Shown: positions 1 through 5,925 of the stretch, one piece after another
Position numbering within the stretch: position 1 is the first letter of the stretch
Layout: each line of letters begins with the position of its first letter
Origin: a virus
Taxonomy: Duplodnaviria; Caudoviricetes
Length of the DNA: 52,875 bases
Direction: 5' to 3' (one strand)
Virus record (IMG/VR): IMGVR_UViG_3300008113_000146
Location: 1 to 52,875 of that record
Notes under the pieces: model-generated
What the model saw: the letters and a program-made list of their open reading frames with translations, nothing else
The model's database searches: none
Told to the model about the DNA's origin: nothing
Program-made: the position numbers and the translations under genes

Positions 1-95
1 CACATCTCTTTCATGTCTGCGATCATGTATCGCACACAATAGATGGCGGGAATAACTAGGGCTAATTGCACAAGGCTAGTTAGTAGTCTATTCAT
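1..95 (-). CDS. Small hypothetical protein, runs off the window edge
   Basis: Hand-translated: MNRLLTSLVQLALVIPAIYCVRYMIADMKEM...; its ATG directly follows the upstream TAA (TAAATG). Confidence 0.6.
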   Translation of the reverse strand, partial: MNRLLTSLVQLALVIPAIYCVRYMIADMKEM

Positions 96-248
96 TTATT
101 TATTCTTCTTTCTTTTATAAATCTTATAAGCGGTTATTAGTAGGGCGGAGATGATGATAGTGTGCCATGGTAGATAGATAGCCCCTAAGAAACTATCTAA
201 CTCTAATCCGTATTCGCTTAGTAGTAATTCTAATCCGTCGCTAATCAT
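96..248 (-). CDS. 50-aa hypothetical protein with a hydrophobic segment
   Basis: Hand-translated: MISDGLELLLSEYGLELDSFLGAIYLPWHTIIISALLITAYKIYKRKKNK; abuts both neighbouring ORFs. Confidence 0.65.
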   Translation of the reverse strand: MISDGLELLLSEYGLELDSFLGAIYLPWHTIIISALLITAYKIYKRKKNK

Positions 249-250
249 TA

Positions 251-418
251 TTAGTTATCCCAATCTAGTGTAAGAGATTTAGACAATTCATCTTCGTCAT
301 ATTCATCAGAGCCAAAATCTAAGCCCTCTTCTAGAGCCTTGTTATACATCTCTTCTTCATCTAGATACACATAGGCATCTGATACATCTGCTTGAATAGT
401 ATCCCATTTAGTCATCAT
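251..418 (-). CDS. 55-aa very acidic hypothetical protein
   Basis: Hand-translated: MMTKWDTIQADVSDAYVYLDEEEMYNKALEEGLDFGSDEYDEDELSKSLTLDWDN; TAATG overlap with the upstream ORF and a GAGG RBS. Confidence 0.7.
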   Translation of the reverse strand: MMTKWDTIQADVSDAYVYLDEEEMYNKALEEGLDFGSDEYDEDELSKSLTLDWDN

Positions 419-570
419 TACTTTACCTCTACTTCTCTAATGTTATAAGTGAAACCCTTACCGAGTTTATTTAGTTCAGCGATTACCGCTAAGATTTCTT
501 CGGGCTTGCTAGCCTTTTGATTAACGGCTAGTAGTTGGCTACCTTGCCATAGTGTGTAGGTTATTGTCAT
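418..570 (-). CDS. 50-aa hypothetical protein
   Basis: MTITYTLWQGSQLLAVNQKASKPEEILAVIAELNKLGKGFTYNIREVEVK; AAAGGA RBS; lies just downstream of the promoter at 607-635. Confidence 0.7.
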   Translation of the reverse strand: MTITYTLWQGSQLLAVNQKASKPEEILAVIAELNKLGKGFTYNIREVEVK

Positions 571-606
571 TTTATTTTCTATCCTTTGTTAGTAGTTATA
601 GTTGGA

Positions 607-635
607 ATTGTAGCCGATAGGGCTGACATTATCAA
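607..635 (-). promoter_or_regulatory. Sigma70-type leftward promoter with TGTCAG in the spacer
   Basis: TTGATA (635-630), 17-nt spacer, TACAAT (612-607). Confidence 0.7.
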
Positions 636-656
636 GCGACACGCCCCTAGTTAGTA

Positions 657-672
657 TGTGAGTTAGCCCACA
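657..672. promoter_or_regulatory. CRP/GlxR-like box
   Basis: TGTGA-GTTAGC-CCACA, a 9/10 match to TGTGA-N6-TCACA, inside an 8-bp inverted repeat AGTATGTG...CACATACT. Confidence 0.5.
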
Positions 673-803
673 TACTTAGAGCAGAGAGGATACTTAGAGT
701 GTATGGCTAGATACCCACACTCTGAGCAGATAGCGTCTCCTAGACGGGCTAAGAGTTGCTCTCTACTTTCTAGAGAGTTTCTATTCTCGAATAAAGAGTT
801 CAT
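663..803 (-). CDS. 46-aa hypothetical protein with CxxC
   Basis: MNSLFENRNSLESREQLLARLGDAICSECGYLAIHSKYPLCSKYVG; AAGGAGG RBS; TAATG coupling to the upstream ORF. Confidence 0.7.
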   Translation of the reverse strand: MNSLFENRNSLESREQLLARLGDAICSECGYLAIHSKYPLCSKYVG

Positions 804-973
804 TACTTAACCTCCTTAGAGATACACTCGATACAGTAGCAAGCCTTGCTACTTAGTAAGTCTCGCAAGATAGCCTTGCGAGTGTAGGCGTTTAAGCCAT
901 AAGATGACTTTACGCCACCATTGTGAAAATCATGCACGATAGTGCTGTATAAAGTTTCTGTAAGTTGAGTCAT
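803..973 (-). CDS. 56-aa hypothetical protein with CxCxxC
   Basis: MTQLTETLYSTIVHDFHNGGVKSSYGLNAYTRKAILRDLLSSKACYCIECISKEVK; AAAGGAG RBS. Confidence 0.7.
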   Translation of the reverse strand: MTQLTETLYSTIVHDFHNGGVKSSYGLNAYTRKAILRDLLSSKACYCIECISKEVK

Positions 974-1027
974 GTTCTGACTCCTTTCGTTTAAGTGTTA
1001 AGTATTTCTTAACTTCTTATACCTATA

Positions 1028-1057
1028 ACTATACATGGGGGGTCTGACAAATTGCAA
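1028..1057 (-). promoter_or_regulatory. Sigma70-type leftward promoter with TGTCAG in the spacer
   Basis: TTGCAA (1057-1052), 18-nt spacer, TATAGT (1033-1028). Confidence 0.65.
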
Positions 1058-1064
1058 CTCGCAA

Positions 1065-1155
1065 ATCGGTCAAATCGGACATTTTAAATAAATAAGTTGT
1101 GATTTACACCACAAATAGCCTAATTATGGGCGCACTATCGGACAAATCGGACATT
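1065..1155. repeat. 19-bp direct repeat pair flanking a CRP-like box
   Basis: ATCGGTCAAATCGGACATT (1065-1083) and ATCGGACAAATCGGACATT (1137-1155); TGTGA-TTTACA-CCACA lies between them at 1098-1113. Confidence 0.8.
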
Positions 1156-1245
1156 CCCCAGGGTGTGTATCATACAAATTAAAAATATATTAACATTTTC
1201 TCAAATTTCAAAAGCGGGGTGCGGGAAAAATATTTTTTAGATCTA

Positions 1246-1275
1246 TTGACTTACGAAAATCTCAAATGTTATACT
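1246..1275 (+). promoter_or_regulatory. Rightward sigma70-type promoter
   Basis: TTGACT (1246-1251), 18-nt spacer, TATACT (1270-1275) with an extended TG. Confidence 0.7.
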
Positions 1276-1281
1276 GATAAC

Positions 1282-1440
1282 CTTGGACAGTTTTCGGAGA
1301 TAATATCAAGGGGTTAAACTCCAAGTGCGATGATGACGGAAGTTGTATTCTACAATATCTTTCAGATAAAAGCTATGGCCTACTATGGTTCAACCGATGA
1401 ATGGCGGATTTATAACCTGACCATTTCGGGGTTCTCTTTT
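1282..1440 (+). ncRNA. Candidate structured RNA or long leader
   Basis: Begins at the predicted TSS with stem CTTGGA/TCCAAG, then two adjacent 5-bp hairpins with TTC loops and a stem ATGGTTCA/TGACCAT; ends in a T-run. Confidence 0.3.
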
Positions 1441-1528
1441 AAAATACTAAAAGGGGTATAGGGGTTGTATGCTCAAATTCTGGAAGTTATCATTATAAAA
1501 ACAAATATATAATATATATAAGGGATAA

Positions 1529-1846
1529 ATGGCGAGATATACTAGAGGTCTATGTGCTTGTGGAAATAGACAAACATCGGCGGGAAGATATAAGGGCAAG
1601 CAAGTCTTTCATAGATATTGCTCTAGCTGCAAAGACAATAAACAGAGAAACTACACCAAGAAGACATCTTGTGAGAAATGTGGATTTGAGGCAGTAATTC
1701 AGCAGCAGCTGGATATTGATCATATTGATGGAAACCATTTAAATGATGATCCAAGTAATCTGCAGACTCTCTGTGCAAATTGCCATAGGCTAAAAACTTT
1801 TATCAATAAGGACTTTTTAAATAAAGAGTTCCAAAATGAAAAATAA
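1529..1846 (+). CDS. HNH endonuclease (Zn-binding)
   Basis: CEKC...LDIDHIDGNHLNDDPSNLQTLCANCH motif. Confidence 0.9.
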   Translation: MARYTRGLCACGNRQTSAGRYKGKQVFHRYCSSCKDNKQRNYTKKTSCEKCGFEAVIQQQLDIDHIDGNHLNDDPSNLQTLCANCHRLKTFINKDFLNKEFQNEK

Positions 1847-1916
1847 AATTTTATTAACATTTTGATATATTTGATATTCTAGTCGACTAATAATTTAGAT
1901 ATACTATAATTAGATC

Positions 1917-2201
1917 ATGAAGACTGAAAAGATTTCAGTTGCAAAACAAAAAGCACATCTGCATAAATATTTGCGGGATCTAAAAGATCGTACTCCATGT
2001 GCTGATTGTAAGATTCAATATCCATATTACGTTATGGACTTTGATCATGTAAGAGGCAAGAAACATGCAAATGTCATGGAACTTGTCCAAACTTTATCTA
2101 AGAAGAAGATAGATGAAGAGCTAGCAAAGTGTGAGATTGTATGTAGCAATTGTCACAGAATTAGAACTCATTTGAGAAAGTCTAATAAAGCAGTCAACTA
2201 G
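1917..2201 (+). CDS. HNH-family nuclease-like protein, leaderless
   Basis: CADC...MDFDHVRG...CEIVCSNCHRIRT; TATAAT at 1905-1910 ends 6 nt before the ATG. Confidence 0.85.
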   Translation: MKTEKISVAKQKAHLHKYLRDLKDRTPCADCKIQYPYYVMDFDHVRGKKHANVMELVQTLSKKKIDEELAKCEIVCSNCHRIRTHLRKSNKAVN

Positions 2202-2208
2202 GATATAT

Positions 2209-2343
2209 ATGAAGAAGAAGATAGCATTTTTCGTAATAACAGTAGCTTCTGGATTGCTATTGCAAAATTTTTTAAAAAAGGCGGGATGGGATAAAGTCTT
2301 TGACTTTGACCTACAAGAGGATATAGATGTACAAGAAGAGTAA
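2209..2343 (+). CDS. 44-aa hypothetical protein
   Basis: Hand-translated: MKKKIAFFVITVASGLLLQNFLKKAGWDKVFDFDLQEDIDVQEE; AGGA upstream. Confidence 0.55.
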   Translation: MKKKIAFFVITVASGLLLQNFLKKAGWDKVFDFDLQEDIDVQEE

Positions 2344-2425
2344 GTTCTATCGTCCTCTACTCTGGTCCATATGGGTTTATATAGCTGTATATTTCATTGG
2401 GATCTATATCTATGTCAATCAATGA
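2327..2425 (+). CDS. 32-aa membrane peptide
   Basis: MYKKSKFYRPLLWSIWVYIAVYFIGIYIYVNQ; GAGGA RBS; fills the gap between neighbours. Confidence 0.4.
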   Translation: MYKKSKFYRPLLWSIWVYIAVYFIGIYIYVNQ

Positions 2426-2714
2426 TATTCTAGTCAACCAGTTAGTAGCAGAATATAAAGAAGCCAGATATAGAGAATGTAACTACTATATGGCAGATAC
2501 TTTGATTGCTAAGACTTCTCTGGAATGGGTCATAAAGGTCCTTCAGAGCCGTTTAGCCAAATGTTTGAATGCTGATAAGGGTTACTGTGACATCTGGTAC
2601 TTAGAATCCCATTCTAACTGTAAGTTACTAATGGATATCTTGTACGAATTTACAGAAGATCCTATCTATAGCGATAAGCCTAAGATGTATGTAAATGATA
2701 CTCTATGGGATTAG
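2412..2714 (+). CDS. Hypothetical protein
   Basis: ORF track 2397..2714; the ATG at 2412 is preferred over the TTG at 2397. Confidence 0.7.
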   Translation: MSINDILVNQLVAEYKEARYRECNYYMADTLIAKTSLEWVIKVLQSRLAKCLNADKGYCDIWYLESHSNCKLLMDILYEFTEDPIYSDKPKMYVNDTLWD

Positions 2715-2715
2715 G

Positions 2716-2769
2716 TGTCTCTTCTACTTCCGCCGCACTTTTTTCGCACTTTTTGCAATTGCACTATTT
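2716..2769. repeat. GCACTTTTT/GCACTATT intergenic element, copy 1
   Basis: TGTCTCTTCTACTTCCGCCGCACTTTTTTCGCACTTTTTGCAATTGCACTATT; similar to 4114-4149. Confidence 0.7.
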
Positions 2770-3379
2770 AAGCAAGGAACCAATCACCATGCTTATATAC
2801 CCAGTCAATATGTGAGTATTTAATACCGCTTGTTACGGGTCTTGATGTATATAGTTCATTTTCTAAAATAGGTAGAATGTAGAGTGTATTCTCTTCAGGC
2901 TTAAATTCAAAGTTAATCTCTTTGCCATCTTTTTCTAATAGTACTAGCTCTCCGCCTTCCCATTCTCCAAAATAAAATATAGCTAAGTATTCAGCACTAA
3001 TCCAGCTGCCTTGGCCAAAGGTTTTAAGATCGTCACCAGGACGTACTCTATTAACACTCTTGTGCTCATTAGTCCAATACTCTGGCATAATCTCATCAAT
3101 AAATGTTGATATAAAGTGTTCAATTTTTAAATTTGTACTAATTTTTCCCTGGAAGTAAGATCCTACTGGATGAGTATTCCAATTTTCGTCAGGAAGATCT
3201 TCTGCTTGATATTTAATGAAGTTTAGATCTACTAAATCAAGAAAATTCTTTTTTGCAAGTATGCCATGACCAATATCTTCATATCCAGGCTTTTCATGCA
3301 TTTTTGTGTGAACTTGTACCAGAAACTCTGGAAGCTCCTCATTTAAATTAGAATCTTCGTTTGGAACTAGATCAACCAT
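2768..3379 (-). CDS. 2OG-Fe(II) oxygenase-fold protein lacking iron ligands
   Basis: FYFGEWEGGEL...FKPEENTLYILP...RPVTSGIKY fold motifs; no HxD and no distal His. Confidence 0.75.
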   Translation of the reverse strand: MVDLVPNEDSNLNEELPEFLVQVHTKMHEKPGYEDIGHGILAKKNFLDLVDLNFIKYQAEDLPDENWNTHPVGSYFQGKISTNLKIEHFISTFIDEIMPEYWTNEHKSVNRVRPGDDLKTFGQGSWISAEYLAIFYFGEWEGGELVLLEKDGKEINFEFKPEENTLYILPILENELYTSRPVTSGIKYSHIDWVYKHGDWFLA

Positions 3380-3939
3380 TATAAGCTCCCCTTATCAACT
3401 AAAAATGAAGCATAAGCATATCTTATGCCAGATGTAACTTTTGCTACACCGTGTCTAATTAAAGCACCATGAATTAATAAATCTCCAGGAACTGGTTTAT
3501 AAGACATATTTAGTCCAGGGTAGTAAATCTCTCCGCCATCAAAATCGTCAGTTATATATACTACAACTCCGTATCTTGTTATTGCACATGTACCCATATC
3601 GTCATTTGATGTAGGCTCCATGTCTCCGCAAGTATCTTCATGCTCATGCATAGAGTCGCCAGGCAACATTCTTGTAAAAGATGCATTTGGAGTAGGCTCA
3701 TAATCTGGAGCGACTAGTTCACCAATCTTTTTGTTAATAGGCAAAAGCTTTTGAATGTATGGACTAGTTTTCCCGTTATACCAGGCATTAGCATTTTTAA
3801 TTGTATTCCAGTCCTCTTCAGTTAGACTGTTGGCTGTATCTAGTAAAGACTCAACCTCTTCTTGAGATAGAAAATTTCTGTATATCCAAATATCATCATG
3901 TAGTTTTTCTACATTGCTATTGTGATCAAAATTAAGCAT
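3379..3939 (-). CDS. 2OG-Fe(II) oxygenase, prolyl-4-hydroxylase-like
   Basis: HED triad start, YITDDFDGGEIYYP, RHGV, RY. Confidence 0.9.
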   Translation of the reverse strand: MLNFDHNSNVEKLHDDIWIYRNFLSQEEVESLLDTANSLTEEDWNTIKNANAWYNGKTSPYIQKLLPINKKIGELVAPDYEPTPNASFTRMLPGDSMHEHEDTCGDMEPTSNDDMGTCAITRYGVVVYITDDFDGGEIYYPGLNMSYKPVPGDLLIHGALIRHGVAKVTSGIRYAYASFLVDKGSL

Positions 3940-4093
3940 CTTTCTTCTTTCTCCAAAACATAATTTTAGACATTATCTTCTGGGTCTTAAGTTCTATTTT
4001 AGTTTCCATTTGCCCGCCAACAGTTTCTTCCTTATAGTATTTTGTTTGAAAATAAGGATTTTTCATTTGCTTAGAAATATGCCTTGGGGTCAT
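3932..4093 (-). CDS. 53-aa basic hypothetical protein, leaderless
   Basis: Hand-translated: MTPRHISKQMKNPYFQTKYYKEETVGGQMETKIELKTQKIMSKIMFWRKKKDA; TATAAT at 4106-4101 ends 7 nt before the ATG; overlaps the oxygenase start. Confidence 0.65.
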   Translation of the reverse strand: MTPRHISKQMKNPYFQTKYYKEETVGGQMETKIELKTQKIMSKIMFWRKKKDA

Positions 4094-4113
4094 GTCTTCT
4101 ATTATACACCAAA

Positions 4114-4149
4114 TGTCTCTCTAGTTTCGGCGCACTTTTTGCACTATTT
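4114..4149. repeat. GCACTTTTT/GCACTATT intergenic element, copy 2
   Basis: TGTCTCTCTAGTTTCGGCGCACTTTTTGCACTATT. Confidence 0.7.
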
Positions 4150-4427
4150 TATTCGATTACCATAACCGCAACAGATATTGACTGTAAAGGGTCTTCTGAT
4201 ATTGCATATAATCTATCAGTAAATGGCATATTCTCTATAACCACAGGAGGCTGATCATGTTCTACCCTAAGACCATAATTTGTTAAAGACACATTTGGGC
4301 CACCGACTAGAATATGTTTATTTGCACTTGTGTTTGTAATAATTATTTTATAGTGTGCTTCAACTTCGTCTGCAAAACTTAGCTCTACAGGAGTTGCATT
4401 TGCTGTTACCAGTTTAGTTCTAATCAT
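4149..4427 (-). CDS. 92-aa beta-rich hypothetical protein, leaderless
   Basis: ORF track start 4496 revised to ATG 4427 (MIRTKLV...); TATAAT at 4439-4434; the longer start would run through a terminator. Confidence 0.75.
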   Translation of the reverse strand: MIRTKLVTANATPVELSFADEVEAHYKIIITNTSANKHILVGGPNVSLTNYGLRVEHDQPPVVIENMPFTDRLYAISEDPLQSISVAVMVIE

Positions 4428-4445
4428 AAAAATATTATACAACAT

Positions 4446-4490
4446 AAAAAGCAAAAAACCCAATCGGAGGCGGATCCAATTGGGCTTTGC
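4446..4490 (-). terminator. Rho-independent terminator
   Basis: AAAGCCCAATTGGA-TCCGCC-TCCGATTGGGTTTTTT on the minus strand. Confidence 0.8.
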
Positions 4491-4532
4491 TGCCATTTAA
4501 GGCATTTATAGGGAACATAATGCTCGACCTAT
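4453..4532 (-). ncRNA. Candidate small RNA of about 80 nt
   Basis: Has its own promoter (TTGACT 4567-4562, 17-nt spacer, TACAAT 4544-4539); three hairpins, the last an intrinsic terminator with a U-tract. Confidence 0.6.
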
Positions 4533-4570
4533 AAACTTATTGTATTTTATTTGATATTTTAAGTCAATAC

Positions 4571-4765
4571 CTAGTCGACAGAAATCATTCCTCGTGCAAT
4601 TAATGCATCAACCATTCCAGAACACATTTGTCTGTAATGTGGTTGTGCCTGCAGAAGCATTTTTTCAAGTTCTACTAGATCGCCTTTTTGTTGTACAGTT
4701 GATTGTCTTGATTGAATATTAATTTGTTCAACCATTGTTTCTACTACTGCATCTTTAGTTGCCAT
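4571..4765 (-). CDS. Hypothetical protein
   Basis: ORF track; overlaps the upstream ORF, consistent with an operon. Confidence 0.7.
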   Translation of the reverse strand: MATKDAVVETMVEQINIQSRQSTVQQKGDLVELEKMLLQAQPHYRQMCSGMVDALIARGMISVD

Positions 4766-4976
4766 CTTCTTTCCCTTCTTCTATTGAATAGGACGGACTG
4801 GGACCCAGGAGGAATCCCTTTTCATGATATTGTATCATTTTTGATACTTCATCGCTACCTACTGATCCCTTAGCAATTAAGGTCATCATGTCGTAAATTC
4901 TGTGGAGCATAATATAGTTAACCATGTCCAAATTTGATTCTAAAGGCTCATCTACTGGCTCATTATTCTCAGTCAT
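4755..4976 (-). CDS. Hypothetical protein
   Basis: ORF track; GGGAG RBS. Confidence 0.75.
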   Translation of the reverse strand: MTENNEPVDEPLESNLDMVNYIMLHRIYDMMTLIAKGSVGSDEVSKMIQYHEKGFLLGPSPSYSIEEGKEDGN

Positions 4977-5085
4977 TCTGTCTCCCTATATCTTCCCAAA
5001 AAATTTCTCTTCCCATAGCATCTGTTATGGGCATCGGCTTTGATTCATTTTCTATTTCTTCGCATTGACATTTATCGCATGGCAT
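4969..5085 (-). CDS. 38-aa hypothetical protein
   Basis: Hand-translated: MPCDKCQCEEIENESKPMPITDAMGREIFWEDIGRQND; bridges the gap with overlaps on both sides. Confidence 0.55.
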   Translation of the reverse strand: MPCDKCQCEEIENESKPMPITDAMGREIFWEDIGRQND

Positions 5086-5284
5086 TTTTAACCCCCTTGT
5101 AGATATTATTATAATGCGTAGTACCTATGTATTTCTTATAATCGCATTCTAGACAGTATAAATAAATTTTTTCATCTAGATCTTGGTTACAAAAAAGAAG
5201 GCCCTGGTCTACTGGGCATAAAAGCTTTTCGACAAGGCCTTCTTCAGATAAGGATATGTATTTTGATACGTATTGTATCTCCAT
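5072..5284 (-). CDS. Zn-ribbon-like small protein
   Basis: CPVD...YCLEC motif; AAGGA RBS. Confidence 0.7.
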   Translation of the reverse strand: MEIQYVSKYISLSEEGLVEKLLCPVDQGLLFCNQDLDEKIYLYCLECDYKKYIGTTHYNNIYKGVKNAMR

Positions 5285-5288
5285 TTAC

Positions 5289-5846
5289 CTATCCCTTTAT
5301 ATCTGTAGGAAATTTCAAATAAAATTCCTTTGCTCTTGGGGTTAAACCCTTCCAAGCTGACCAATCACTGCCGCCATCGGTCATATAGTACGTTATCTCT
5401 GCGTTTGTTACTGGGTCGAATAACTCTCTGTTACTCTTTAGGTCGAATTTCTCAAGTCTTTCAGGACCAAGATCTCCGATCATATTAATCTGGAACAATC
5501 CGTAAGAATTGTCACCAGTTTTCCTATTCCCGTTATAGGCAAGCGGTCTTCCGTTAGATTCACGCTTTGCAATTGACCAAGCTTTTTTAAGGCTTGTCCC
5601 TTCGAATCCTACAGCCTTGAGTAAGTTTACTAACTCTTCGTCTGTAAGCATCTCAGATGGCTTGTAAATCTCTTTACTAAAACTATCCAAGACTTCTTGC
5701 TTCAATTGGGCTTCAGTTTTCACTAAAGGTTGTACTGTTAAGGCATGTGTAGGCTGTACAGGAAACAAAAATAATGTTATCATTACTATTGTTACCAGGT
5801 TATGAACCAAATCACTTACCTGTTGTTTTATTTTCTCCATTGGCAT
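5289..5846 (-). CDS. Lytic transglycosylase (SLT/lysozyme-like) with N-terminal signal or TM segment
   Basis: AWSIAKRES (catalytic Glu), GDNSYGLFQIN, LFDPVTNA, WSAW; hydrophobic stretch LVTIVMITLFLFP; the start may be ATG 5840 by RBS spacing. Confidence 0.85.
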   Translation of the reverse strand: MPMEKIKQQVSDLVHNLVTIVMITLFLFPVQPTHALTVQPLVKTEAQLKQEVLDSFSKEIYKPSEMLTDEELVNLLKAVGFEGTSLKKAWSIAKRESNGRPLAYNGNRKTGDNSYGLFQINMIGDLGPERLEKFDLKSNRELFDPVTNAEITYYMTDGGSDWSAWKGLTPRAKEFYLKFPTDIKG

Positions 5847-5873
5847 TTCCTCCTTTAGAGATAACGAACTATA

Positions 5874-5903
5874 ATAGTAGCATTGTAACTAAGTTACTGT
5901 CAA
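5874..5903 (-). promoter_or_regulatory. Promoter for the transglycosylase operon with a palindromic operator
   Basis: TTGACA (5903-5898), 18-nt spacer, TACTAT with an extended TG; the spacer contains GTAACT-N-AGTTAC (5885-5897). Confidence 0.7.
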
Positions 5904-5925
5904 GTCAGTTGACTAGAAAGAAAAC

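Noticed and set aside
4428-4496. N-terminal extension of track ORF 4149..4496
   Set aside because: It runs through a terminator hairpin and U-tract; a -10 box supports the start at 4427
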